A stretch of 64,000 nt of DNA from Euprymna scolopes. Taxonomy: Eukaryota. Of the stretch, positions 11,698 through 24,783 are shown in pieces. Under the pieces are notes generated by a model that did not search any database, had not been told where the DNA came from, and saw only the letters and a list, made by a program, of their open reading frames with translations. Both the position numbers and the translations under genes were made by a program. Where the stretch lies: assembly GCA_053919585.1 (NCBI GenBank), contig CM132786.1. One strand, 5' to 3'. Position 1 is the first letter of the stretch. Every line of letters starts with the position of its first letter.

Positions 11698-14600
11698 ATG
11701 GTTGGGAAACTACCAACATTTCTACTCGCAGTGGAGATACTAATAAATTTACTGGTTCACCTTCTATACTTGATAAAACACCCCCACACATATCGAAAAG
11801 TCATACAGCACAGTTATGTCCTGGAAAATATACATCCAACCTTAAGTAAATTTTCGCTTTCCAAATTAATAGCCGGTGATATAATTGATATTTGGAAAGC
11901 AGTTAATCCACGCTTACCACTGTTAACTGAATTGTATATTTGTGAATGAATTGCAAAATATATGCTTTAAAAAAGTAAAACAGATAAATAGAAAATCTTT
12001 CTCATCATCTGCAAAGAACATTCTGATAAAGAAACTGAACACATTGTTTGACATTTCTTCTTGCCGTGTTCAACGGCCAATTTAATCTTGTGCGGACAAA
12101 AATGTGAAATGCAAAAAGGAAAAATTGTCAGACCAACCACATTATCTGTAAACGCCCCCTCAAACAGAAGGTAAGGTTATTATTCTATTCTTCATCCTTT
12201 AAGACAATGTCATACACATTTTTAAGTAAATGAATTTCTATACTTGTATTTTAAGTTAACAAATAGAACGTCTCATACTTTTTCGTTTTCTGAGAAATTG
12301 AATGAAAGTTCTGAGTCACATCTCGCATCCAATATGTGTCAAATTTGATTTTTCAGGCTCCATTGGAAGACAGAATATCTAAAAGACCAAAGAAACAAAA
12401 CAGGACCTTGGGGCACTTTTCAACTTGGCCCCACAGATAAAGCTTCCATTAAAAAATATAACAGGGATGCAGTGTTAGGAGAGAGAGGGAACCAAGTTGA
12501 TGCATCTTCTGTTGCCTCAACATCTTATGACCAGAATGTTTCCCCTTCCCAATCAGAGAATAGCGATGGACATGACGAAAATTTTGAGCCAGGCAGACAT
12601 TGTAAGATTAATTACAACCAATTAAAAATGATACGGTATGCTATTGAACTAATCCGGGGTGATGTTTCTTCAAAATTAGGAGCAAGCCTGGCAAATGCCT
12701 TCATTTTGGATTTACATGCTATGGGCCTTCTCAACACAGGTATGAACATTAACAACATGATTGTGAATAAATATAAACATTAACAACACCATCTGAATAA
12801 ATCAAAAATAGACAGACAAAGAGAAAACAAACAAAGGGCGTACCCTTCAAAAGCCCAATGAAAAAATTAAAAATCTGGTTTGAATTGGTCTGGACAGTAG
12901 GGATGACAAATACACTTTGTTTTATCAGGAGGTGGTGGAAGCAAATGGAGAAACACAAGTAAGAAAAGTAAGTTTAAAGACCAGAACGTCATTTGACATT
13001 AATAGCGGAAATAGAGTGTGATAAAATAGGAGGATATCTCACCCATAGTTATCCCTAATACTAATGCAACTGGTGTTGTTTTAGCAGAAGAAGTTGAAAG
13101 CGTTTTAACATAATATAAAAGTGAGACTACATTGAAGGTGGTGCTTTTAGACAACGCCACTAGAAGCACTGGTTGTGAATTTGGGCTTGTCAAATCTCTA
13201 AAAAAAAATTAAACAGGAAGTTTCATACTATTGGTTGCTCCCTACATCAGAATGAGCTTGCTTTCAGGGTGATATTTAAATTGATCAATGGCAATACACA
13301 AACCCCAACATCATTTTTTTTTAAATACATTTTCACCCCAAACAAGGCACATTGCCACTTTCGTGTAGGGGGCTACTATCAGGAGTAACATCTACTGGGG
13401 TAATATGTGGAGATTTGGGCAGCAAGGTGTCTGTTCACGTTACACTTGAACTTCTTCACGTCAGTACAGTTGGGGAAGCAGGGACCCGTAATGGAATTCC
13501 AAAGTGTAGCGGTTCTGGGGAAGAAACTACTGGAATAGAAAGATCTTTTACATCTAGAGATCTCTACTGTGTGGGGTGAGATTTAGCTTCCTGTCGGGTT
13601 TGTCGATGATGTTTATGTCGTGGGGGAACAAATACTTGCAGTACTTCAGAGCATTCACCATTAAAATACTTGTAGAACAGGCAACAGATGCAACATTTCG
13701 TCGATGGGAGAGAGGCTGAAGCTTAAATGCCAGTTCAGGGCCTATCAGATTGGCGACTCTCTTTTGTCTAGGAGTGAGAGACTAGTAGCAGATGCACCAG
13801 CCCAAATATGACAGCAATACTCCATACATGGGCGAATTGTAGCCTTATAGAGGTACAGGATACTTTCAGATGTTAGTAATTTTCTAGCACGGTAGAGAGA
13901 GCCTACCTTCTTTGCAGCGTCCCTGGTAATGCTCTCAATGTAATTGTTCCAACTCATGTTTCCTGTGAACGTTAGGCCAAGGTGTTTTAAGGATGTACTC
14001 TCAGATAAAGTGCCGTTGCCCATTGCTATTGGTGGTAGAGAAGGTTTCTTGTATTTATTGAAGGAAACTAGTTTAGACTTGGCGGCAATGAACGTGGTCA
14101 TCCATTTTCGTCCCCATTCCACTACAGATCGGAAGTCATCGTCTAGTGTTTACTGGGTCAATTGGAAAATTGTGTGGTAATAATTACAATCATTTTCCCC
14201 AGGTTGAATTTCCACCAATAAGTTGCCCTTTGGATATCAATTATTCTGTACTGGTAGGTATTGATGACCTGAGTGGCGACACAAGGCTACTTTTGTAATA
14301 TGCAGTATGAATTTCACGGAAAAAGGTTGATCCAAAATATGCTGCACGGAGGATTGGGCCTTTAAATAAAGTCAGATGGATAACTGTAGCAATTCGACTA
14401 ATGTGTTTATGGACCCGACGGATTTATCCTCAAACACTGTTTAATAAAATGCACACATTGGTTAAATTTATTGTTGACGCGTATGCAGTTAGTTGGTTTG
14501 AAATTAAAAGAGACAATACATTTCATAACCAGCAACTATACATTTTCAATATGATTCAGAGAATTAAGCAGCAGCCACAAGAAAGCCAAACAGTTGCATT

Positions 14601-15190
14601 AAAAAATATTCAATACAATGCTTTTGCTCTATTGCCAGAAAATATTATATATGCAATGGTCAAATCAGATTAAATAGAAGTGAGGAAAGAAGCTATAAAA
14701 AGTGTAACCATTAGGTAAGTAAACCTTTTTTTTATATAAAAATAATAAAATTGTTTACATTGATTTATATGTTCATTTTTCAATGTTGTTGAAATTTCAT
14801 TATTAGAAAAAAATTCAAACAAGTAGAATGCATTTTTAAAATTAATTGTTTTTTTTTCCTTTCAGGAATATAAAATCATCTCAGAAAAGGTTGACAAAAT
14901 TTCAACAATAAATTTCAAAGCTTCATATTGGTTTCATTTAATAAACGATGGAGTCTGTGAGTCTACTTTTACAGGAGAATTTTCATATGAGGAACTTCAG
15001 GATTCATCGTTGAGTTATAGGAAACTAGATTTTCCTGATTTACCCGCACATTCGGAAAGTGTCGAAAGGGCAGTTAAGTTAACCACAGAGGTCTCTCAGT
15101 CGGTATATGGATTTGAAGAATACACAAGCATATTATTGCAAACATTTATGTCGAGAAATGAGGCCTTCTTTTGATTCAAAAGGGTCTGAT
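11698..15190 (+). pseudogene. Intron-containing hATm-like transposase pseudogene
   Basis: GT-AG introns at 12171-12356 and 14715-14865 join coding motifs, with a probable 5'UTR intron at 11574-11682. Multiple stops and frameshifts; interrupted by a LINE at 13314-14148. Confidence 0.75.
13314..14148 (-). mobile_element. 5'-truncated CR1-Zenon-like LINE nested in the hATm transposase
   Basis: ORF 13745-14122 reads LYLYKATIRPCMEYCCHIWAGA; poly-A tail at 13314. The transposase frame (TPTS|FTGSIG) resumes at 14149. Confidence 0.9.
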
Positions 15191-15949
15191 GATGCAACAA
15201 TAATCATTGCTAACATTTTTGTGTGGTTTGACATTTTTTATAAATCTGTTATAAAATTATTGTATGAATTTTAACCTAAGATTACCTATGATTAATCAAG
15301 TTTATAAAGCAATTTTAATTAATGCTTGTAGTTTTTTAAAAATTGCATCACTTATAAATGCCAAGCACATTTCATTCTATTCATTCATTCATTATTACGA
15401 CCTTTCACATTTTTATTTATATTTTATTTTTTATGGAAATCGTTTCAGACAAAGCATGAAGCAACTTTATATAAGGATCTAAAAAAATAATATTTTAAGA
15501 TTAAAATCTTGCGAATACTATGCATAATATGGAAAAGATTCTAACCCAGATTTACTTATTATGATTTTATCCTCAGTAAATGTTGTCAACTGAAGATTAT
15601 ATGCAGCCGGGGGGTCACATTTAATATTAATTTTAATATATTCCTTTAGTTTTTACTAAAATGATTAATTTAATAAATTTGTTAGGACTGCAATTGTAAA
15701 CTTTTATAAAATAGTCTAAAATGCAACGATTTTTTCAGCGCGTCTAATAAGACGATATTAAAAGTTAAATGTTTATCGAAACATGAAAGATGGCAAGCTA
15801 ATATTTTTATATTAGTACTCAACATACCAATACACAACTTTCTCTACGTAGAAGTGTTTGATTTTCTAGAAAAAGTAAAAAAACTCGACCTACCCTAATG
15901 TATATGTATATATATTTATCCATATATATACATATACAGACAGTTATTG

Positions 15950-17053
15950 GTATAGACATATTCGTCTGGATATATTTAAATCTAAGATCATTTGTGGATA
16001 CATAGGCGCAATAGTTTAGTTCGATGTAGATCTGGTTATACATAGATATGAGAATAGATAGGGTTCTGTACGTGTTTTCATTTTCATTAGTGTTTTTTTT
16101 TATTAGATGTGGGTGCACACGGGGGCGCCGGTGCACTCCTCCGCATACAGATATAACCCACAGATGCACGCTCCCACACGCATGCATGTACACAGATAAG
16201 CATGCATACACGCATACACATACGCACGCACATATGCTCACGTTATATACATCTGCAAAGATACGCACCCACACTGCCTCAAGCACAGATATGTGCGCAC
16301 GCATATACATACGAGTATATAATGTGATATGCCGTAAATATGGGCGTGGGTGTCATCCACATATACTTACATACACATTAATAAGCGCCCACGTACTCGT
16401 GATAGTGGTTCTAGGTAGCCATGTTTATAGATTTTGGGGAGGAGTTTGGGGTGATTTTTATGGGGTGGTTTATATGGGGTGGTTTATATGCTGTAGTTAT
16501 TGTTCTAAGTTGGGGTATTTTTATATGGTATTATCGATCCCTTTTGGCTAAAGGCTATATTGGGGTGTCATACTCTAAGGTGTGCGTCTATGTACATAAG
16601 GCATCGATTGGTTGTACATTTCCATGTGCACTTACCTGTGCAGTTGTAAATCCACATAGTCATATGTAAACAATTTCCGTGTTAAGTCGTGGAGATTGCT
16701 TACATGTAGGGTGTGTTGAGGTTGGGCGGGGGGGCAGGGTGAGGGGAATTGATGCCGATTATTGGGTGGTTATGTGGGATGAGGTTATGTGGTGTTTAGA
16801 GTTGGTGGTGATTGGGTATATGTGTTATTTTGTTGAATTTATGGAGATTCTTAGGGGAAGGGGGTAATGTGGTGTAGGGGTGTGGGGGAGTTTGTTGAGT
16901 GTATGTCATGGTAGTTGTATTGGATATATAGTTAGAGGGATTTAAAGGTGCTGTTGTCTAAGGGATGTTTTAGAGAGGTGTATAGCTGCTAAGGAGGTAG
17001 GATCTGTAATGCTACAATTTATGGAGGTTTCCTGTTTTTAGTTTAGTAATTGG
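15950..17053 (-). mobile_element. 3' part of a second PLE (GIY-YIG C-terminus plus terminal repeat)
   Basis: Reverse complement near 17050 reads LLN*KQE..C and continues the GIY-YIG domain broken at about 21807. A degenerate HHR-like motif lies at 15955-15995 (-). Confidence 0.55.
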
Positions 17054-20000
17054 TATTTTTTTTTTTACAAAGGCATCACCACATTATCAAGGCCCAGAGG
17101 CCACTCAAGGATAAGGGTTAAAGAGTGTACAGTAGAAATTGGTCAATATAGTAATCATTAGTAATGAAAATTTGGTAAATTTAATAACTTATATGGAACG
17201 GCTCATCAAGAACTTATTTACTTTAGACTTGAACACAACCATATTGTAGTCAGCCGGAAAGCAGGGAAACGGAAGACAATTCCACAGGCGTGCAGTTCTA
17301 AGAATAAAGCTTTGTTCATGGAATCTACGTTTAGGTTTAGGCACAGATAAAGAGTGGGGGAAATTATTGATAGTGTTTACAGCTAGACGAGTGTTTCTTG
17401 TGAAAGTTTGGCGAGGGGGGACCATAGATTGAAGCTCAGTCGAACACTTTCCATGAAAATAACGATACATCAGAGACAAACTCGCAACATCTCTTCTGTG
17501 AGATAGAGGTTGCAAGGAGGAGAAAAGGGCATCTCCTACGAGGCTACGAAGTCTATTTTGAACTCTATCAAGGCAGGACAAGTCCTTACTAGAAGCTCCT
17601 GCCCAGATGTGGCAACAGTATTCCATCCTTGGACGTACCTGGCTCTTATATAGGTAGAGAATAGCATCAGCAGTGAGATCTCTACTGGGTCGATAGAAAG
17701 ATCCCACCATTTTTCCAGCGGCCTTGGCAACCGATTTCACATACGTGTTCCATTTAAGATCAGGAGTAATGGTCAAGCCCAGAAGCTTGTCAAAACTTGA
17801 GGCCTCCTGAAGACGAGAACCATTCATTTCAATTGATGACAAATGTGAATTAGAATGTTGATGATGTAAAGAGAGAAGCTTGGTTTTAGATGCATTAAAA
17901 GTAACCAGCCACTCCTTTCCCCATTGTACTATGTGCTCAAGATCAGAGGAGAGAGAATTGGAGATAACTTGGTCGTTTACTATCTTAGATGTGGTACCAT
18001 AAATGGTAGTGTCGTCAGCATAAATGTCTACAAATTATGTAAGGATATGATTTGGAAGATCATTAATGTAGATCAGGAAAAGAGTTGGACCCAGGATGGA
18101 TCCCTGAGGGACACCGGCATTAATACTGTGAGCTTCTGATTTTTGCCCCCCAACTACTACTCTTATGAACCTATCAGAAAGAAATGATTTAATAATTGAG
18201 AAGACTTTTCCAGCTATACTATAGCTAGCGATCTTATGAAGTAAACCTTTATGCCATACCCTATCAAAGGCTTTAGATATGTCAAGAGCAATTGCCCTAG
18301 AAAGATTGCCACCGTCGAAAGATTTGCTAATCCTATGCGATACAACTGTAAGGACATCTGCTGTAGATCTAGCAGAACGGAAACCATATTGAGTGTCACT
18401 AAGAAGGTTATTTTTGTTGAGATGTTTGATTACTTCTGTATTTAACACAGATTCTAGCAACTTACTCATGACGCACAGGAGACTTATTGGCCTGTACTGA
18501 GAGGGGGATGAGCGATCACCTGAATTCTTAAATACAGGGCATACTGATGAGATTTTCCAGGGAGATGGGAAACTATTCTCCTTAAGACAACGTTTAAACA
18601 GTTTTGTAAGTATGGGCGCTAATTCAGGTTGAAGTTTTTTGAGTACTATAATTGGAATACCATCAGGGCCAGTTGCTTTACTCGAATAAAGGTTTCTGAT
18701 TAGCTTCGCAACATCACGTACAGATATACGTATATCCCATAGCGTGTTTTCTGATACAGGAGGAAATATTGGAGGTTGGCGGTCTTGGTCGCAAAGGGTA
18801 GAATTAGCTGCAAAGTTCTTGACAAAGAGTTTGGCTTTGTCTGATGCTGACGAGATTACCTCAGGTCCATTGATAATAGTTGGGATGGAGCACACGCTTC
18901 TATTCAGGATTCTGTTTGCTATTTGCCAAAACTGGTGGGAACCAAGCCTCTGCTCAGCTACTTTGGACTTAACAGATTGAGCATACAACACTCTTGCGTT
19001 CCTTATTACTTTCTTACAATGGTTGCTGGCAGTCCTGAAAACGGCTTTAGTTTCCATACATCTATTACGTTTGAAGCAGTGGAACAAGTGATTTCTGTGC
19101 GCAATCGCAGCAGCACATTCTAGAGAGAACCATGGCTGGCTGTTAGGTTTTTGCTGAAACTTTTTAGAGGGTATGAAATGGTCAATACCTACAGTTAACC
19201 ATTCAGTTAGGTCTAATACTATAGAGGACACATCCTTTTTAAACATGGAATGCAGAGGTAGATCAGATATAAATGTACGGAAACTATCCCAGTCAGCCTT
19301 AGTGTATCGATATACTGTACGATGAAGAGGTACGTCTGGGGAATTATTACATTTCATTTTTATCTTAATTGATAAAACAGAGTGGTCGGAAGATCCAAGA
19401 GGCGACAGAACAGAAACTGAACATAGTTCAGGGCAAGTTGTGAGAAAAAGGTCTAGTAGGCTCGCATACTGGCCGTCATTATCGGGCACACGGGTAGGTT
19501 CCTGAACAATCTGAGTGAGGTCATAGGCAATGGAGAAATCATGACAGAACCTCCCCTCATCATCGGTCTTGTTTGAGTGGGTCAACCATTCGACGTTGTG
19601 AACATTGAAGTCTCCACATACGTGAATGTTAGCTGAAGGATAAGTAGAAAGGACTTGGTCAATTTTCTCAGATATGCTTTGAAAGATAGTAACTCCGCTG
19701 TTGTGGGGGGCGATAGAGAGTAAATATAAATGCAGTAATGTGAGCTAAAGCAACCCGGAAGCACATATAGGGTAAGTTAGGATCTTCCCTGGAGATGTCC
19801 CTCCCACATGGAAAGCTATCTTTAATATAGGCACATATTCCATGCCCATGGCGATCTTGGGGGTCAGATTTAGAAGTTAAGTTAGAGTATCCTGAAATTG
19901 CAAACTCATCTAGGGAAATAGCCTGTCCAATGCCAGTTTCACTTAAAAATAAAAGGTCTGGTTTAGTCTCCTGTAATTGGGTTTCAACCTCTGGAAGGTT

Positions 20001-20650
20001 AGAACGAAGACCCCTGATGTTGGAGAAGGAGGCATGGTAGTAGGGGTCTACGTTGGAAGTTGGAGAACCGGGTTTAATCGTGTATTTTTTCTTGAAACAT
20101 GCCATGATGAAATTTTGGAATTTGTGGACTAGGTCGACATATTTACTTAGAGCAGGACAGAGAGGGGAAATTAAGAGAGAAAAAGAAACGAAGAATTTTT
20201 TTTTTTTATTTGTAGCTAATGATAAGGTAAAGCCGTAACAATTACCCACTAGTATGGCATCGAGAGGCCCCACCAGAAGCTACTGCATGGTCCAGAATCC
20301 ATTCACCAAATGGCAATACAGCAGCCCCAGTACTTTGCACCTGCTGATAGGACAGCCTCCTTAGTGGTTAATCCAAGGTTCGGGTCCCTGACTATCAGGC
20401 GGATAACGTCAGCCCAGACAAAACGTTTACCTCCAGCACCCTTACTAGTGACATGGCTACAAGGATAGACATAGAAACAGAAAATTTCCGCCATCTCAGC
20501 CAACTGTTCGCAAAAATACTGCCAACCTAGAAAACAGCTTTTTCTTCTCCCTTTGTCCGAAAAATCACTCATTTAAAAAAATGAGGACTGAGGGACAAAT
20601 AAGAAGAAGCGAGAGTAACAGGAGCTGCCGATAACGCATCCACAATGCGT
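17054..20650 (-). mobile_element. Near-full-length CR1-Zenon-like LINE (APE endonuclease plus RT)
   Basis: NIRGLRSN, LFLSET, GDFNVH, LDLFLT, LGSSDH, YRPISLL, QYGFR, LDISKAFDRVWH, GVPQGSILGP, YADD and LYKSQVRPRMEYCCHIW motifs; poly-A tail at 17056-17066. Confidence 0.95.
17189..20105 (-). pseudogene. CR1-Zenon-like EN-RT ORF with one frameshift (~19700) and one nonsense codon (18035-18037)
   Basis: ORFs 19668-20273, 18035-19585 and 17189-17842. The segment 17843-18034 (FVDIYADDTT...) is open in the same frame as both neighbours. Confidence 0.92.
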
Positions 20651-20819
20651 TTTCTACTCTCCATTAAAAAAAAACAAAACTATTAACTATTGTACTTAAT
20701 AAAAGTCCAACAGACGTGTTTAAGGTGAAGTATGGTGATAGATTCCCCTCACACGAACTAAAAATGATTATAATTCGTAATTTTTGCTATCAACTCGGTA
20801 GATAAATAAACATATGTAC

Positions 20820-21806
20820 TAGGAAAAAAAAAAGCTAGCATTTAATAAAACAGAAATACACAAATTAAATACTGAAATAAAATGGAGTTGTTAATATTTT
20901 AAATCTAAAATAAAAAGCATGATTGAAATCACTTATCTCAACAAAAACAATTCCGTCTCCAAATTGCAAACTGTATTGAAAGAAATTCAGTTAGGAGCGT
21001 TCAAAACATTTTTTTTGAAATCAGCCGTTAAAAGAAAATCGTGATTTTATTCTGAACTTAAGCTAGTAACGTTTTAAGAAGCTTACGATATAAAAGAAAA
21101 TGCTGATGGGGGGGGGTCTTCCGAAAGTAAGTTGGTGCCGTTATAAGTAATTTCGAGATAAGATGGAAGCCGGTATTGGACTAGAAAAAAGCTAGCATTT
21201 AATAAAACAGAAATACACAAATTAAATACTGAAATAAAATGGAGTTGTTAATATTTTAAATCTAAAATAAAAAGCATGATTGAAATCACTTATCTCAACA
21301 AAAACAATTCCGTCTCCAAATTGCAAACTGTATTGAAAGAAATTCAGTTAGTAGCGTTCAAAACATTTTTTTTGTAAATCAGCCGTTAAAAGAAAATCGT
21401 GATTTTATTCTGAACTTAAGCTAGTAACGTTTTAAGAAGCTTACGATATAAAAGAAAAGGCTGATGGGGGGGGGTTCTTCCGAAAGTAAGTTGGTGCCGT
21501 TATAAGTAATTTCGAGATAAGGTGGAAGCCGGTATTGGACAAGAAAAAAAGCTAGCATTTAATAAAACAGAAATACACAAATTAAATACTGAAATAAAAT
21601 GGAGTTGTTAATATTTTAAATCTAAAATAAAAAGCATGATTGAAATCACTTATCTCAACAAAAACAATTCCGTCTCCAAATTGCAAACTGTATTGAAAGA
21701 AATTCAGTTAGTAGCGTTCAAAACATTTTTTTTGAAATCAGCCGTTAAAAGAAAATCGTGATTTTATTCTGAACTTTAGCTAGTAACGTTTTAAGAAGCT
21801 TACGAT
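20820..21806 (+). repeat. Tandem repeat, ~358-360 bp unit, ~2.75 near-identical copies; PLE-pLTR or retrozyme-like
   Basis: The unit motif gctagcatttaataaaac starts at 20834, 21191 and 21551. Each full unit contains CTGATG-G(n)..TTCC-GAAA. Confidence 0.95.
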
Positions 21807-22600
21807 TGGAGATAAGGATTTTCTCGTTTTGGCAAAGGAGACATGGGGAGTTTAGGGATTTACATGTGCTAGATTTTCTAAGGAGTTCCCATTTAATGGT
21901 TGGTGTAAGGTTATTTTGGGTTAAATGTAGATAGTGGGTAGTTAGTGAGGTTTTGTTAGGGTGGTTAGGGTTTGTGAAGGAGCATTTATGTACTCTTAAT
22001 CTATCCTTAAATGAGGTGCCGGCCAGACCAATATAATATTTTTTGTCGTTTGAGTTTTCTTTAAGTTAGATTGTTGCCTGTATATACTACGTCTGTTTGT
22101 AGGCATTGTTGATTAATTACGCAATCCGATTAGTTGTTGCAGTGGCACTTCTTCTTTTTGGTGTTGTTTGTAATTTCATCTTTGTTAAGTATTTTCTGTT
22201 ATTTTTTTGATTAGTTGTTCCAGGTTGTCCGTACAACTGTATCTGGGTTTAATAGTGTTTTGGTGAAGATTTTGTGTAGTACATAGCTGGTTGGGAAGTG
22301 GTTGTTTATTTGTTGGAAGAATTTAGTGCCAAGTTTTGTTTTGATTATCGTATTGAAGGTGGGTTGAATTATTTTCCTAGTTCTATTTCTCTTGTTTGCG
22401 GTATTGGGTGGATTTTGTTTCATGTAATTGAAGGTAGTGTTTGGGTGACCACTTTCCTTAAGTGTATTTTCGTAGCAGGGTTTATGCTTGTTAAAAATTT
22501 CGAGTTTGGAGGAGTTGTGCTAAGTCTTTTTTCGATAGATGTGTGGATGTGCTTAATTATATGTTTTGGGTGGTTTGATAGTATGCTAGTATGGCTGAAT
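21807..22600 (-). mobile_element. PLE RT-linker and GIY-YIG remnant
   Basis: RTRKII.PTFNT.IKTKLG.KF..INNHFP...LHKIF, VVYQATI, YYIGLAG and LCQNEKILI motifs on the - strand. Confidence 0.85.
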
Positions 22601-23589
22601 CAATAACCGTATAGGAGCCCGTATAATCGCCTCTGTAGGGGCAGGGGCGTTGATGTGTGGTGTATCTGTGTCTGTGCGCATCAATGCCTACGAACGCGCA
22701 CCCAACCTTAGCACCTTAAAGAAAATTAGAGGCAAGCGAGAACAATGCAGGTGTATGTGCATGCAGGCGCATATGTGCACACATATTTGCACGCCGGGGT
22801 GGGGATGTATGTGTACCTGTGGTCGTTTCTTTTAAGTATATATGTGTGTACGTGCGCATGTGTGTACTCGTGGCCACGACCTCTAACTTACCTTCTCCAA
22901 ACAATTAACAACAAAATAAAAACTAAAACTAAATAAACCGAATCATAGCCCCCCCCGCGCCTACAAACATAAGCGAACACCCAACAGCTCCAGGCATACT
23001 TACCAAGAAATCACCTAACCAACAAGACGTTAAAAACTTTAACACTAAGACTCGAATTTTTAAGTAACCCTCCTCCTCCCCCCCACATATTCCCCTTCCC
23101 CTCCTTTATCAATATGCCTTCAGCAACACCAGAAATGAACTTCCCAGACCCACACCCACAAGTTCCTGAAACCCCAAAACTAAAACATTATCGACATACC
23201 AAACGCCCCCACCTTCCCTCCTTGTTCTCTTACTCTCTTCCTCTTCAGCCCTCCGCATAAACCTCCCTGACCTCATTCACTCTACCACTCTTTCATCTCA
23301 AAATAGCGAACATTTTTGCAAAAGTCTGCGGACGCTACAGACGGCCAAAAAACGGTAGACGAAACAATAATGTAACTTAACAGAAAGGTACTGNNNNNNN
23401 NNNNNNNNNNNNNNNNNNNNNNNNNNNNNNNNNNNNNNNNNNNNNNNNNNNNNNNNNNNNNNNNNNNNNNNNNNNNNNNNNNNNNNNNNNNNNNNNNNNN
23501 NNNNNNNNNNNNNNNNNNNNNNNNNNNNNNNNNNNNNNNNNNNNNNNNNNNNNNNNNNNNNNNNNNNNNNNNNNNNNTGTAAGTACTTT

Positions 23590-23830
23590 TATTAATAGTA
23601 AACACATGCAACTCTGCTTCCCTTAGTTTCCTATTCCAACAACTACTGGAAACCCCAGCGAAAGTACTTTTGTGTGAGTGTGACAATGACTCTAATCGCA
23701 GCCTCTTTCATCTTCTTGATTTTCTCATAACGACGGCCTCTAAGGTGTTCCTGGGGCTTAGGGAATAACCGTATTCCACAAAGAGCAATGTATAGACAAT
23801 AGGAACTAAATGATCTGTCTTGAGGCCCAT
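23590..23830 (-). mobile_element. Mariner/Tc1 transposase C-terminal fragment
   Basis: RLFPKPQEHLRGRRYEKIKKMKEAAIRVIVTLTQ resembles the mariner segment after YSPDL. Confidence 0.7.
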
Positions 23831-24723
23831 ATTGATCAAGTCTGTGACAAGGATTATAGTTTGAATTAATGCATTCACGCAAACCGCCAGGATTTTACCT
23901 ACCTAGATAATCATTGGGGTTACATTTTTCAAACTGACATAAAACTGTGTACTTCTTTGTTTCTATAGACACCCAACAATTCTTATCCATGAAATGCTTT
24001 ATTGGGCTAATCAACTCTTGTATTCTAATTTTTTTTACACCTAAGCACATCTAATCATGCCTCACACAGTCCCCGCCTCTTGTACCTGTCTACTCCTTAC
24101 GCTCGATGACCACAATATTATCGAAAAGCAATCTGAAGAATTACCTACGTTTCTGTGGTCTTTTGTCAAATGTAATATAGGATTTTATTGCATATCATTC
24201 TTGTAAAATGTAATCCCGTCCAGATTGTTTTATTTAAATTCACGAGCTGGTATTTTTAATCTTGGTAGCAGTGTGTAAAGCTATCTTTTCTGATGCCCTT
24301 TTTTCTATGGTGGAATTTGGCTACAAAAGGATTGATTAGCTGGAGGAACATTGGAACACAAACGGCGAAGCTCATCGAAAGGCTATAGAACATATTCTTT
24401 GAAAATATATCGACCGAATGACAACAAGCCGCCAACAGGGTGGAGATATCTCGGATGTAAAACACTAGCTTGATTTCTCACTCGTAAAAGACAGCTACTT
24501 CGCCGCATTTTTCTTGTTGCTTTTTAGCTTACCTTAAAATTCCTCGAGTGTGAACTGGTTCCCCGGGTAGCAGATTGAAGACTGCTTGTCTTGTATGAAA
24601 TCGATGTGGCATTCAGATCTCGAATTCCGATGTGGACTTAGTTTGAATGTGGAAATAATTAGATACTTTCTAACATTTTCGAAAATTATAATATATATGC
24701 ATATGTGTGTACACACATACACA

Positions 24724-24783
<60 letters not shown>

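Larger units (their letters stand above)
10878..15897 (+). mobile_element. hATm-like DNA transposon, full length, decayed
   Basis: TIRs TAGGGGAGGTCGA (10878) and TCGACCTACCCTA (ends 15897). Flanking 8-mers attcatat/atgtatat match at 6/8 (degenerate TSD). Transposase motifs KAP..YLKDQR, IGCSLHQNELAFR, IGPLNKVRWITVAIR and LPAHSESVERAVKLTTE. Confidence 0.8.

Noticed and set aside
15819-16867. 163-167 aa ORFs on both strands
   Set aside because: Low-complexity CA/GT-rich sequence in a PLE terminal region, with no domain signal.
20820-21806. CRISPR-like array
   Set aside because: Units are ~360 bp and near-identical with no unique spacers, and the context is eukaryotic.
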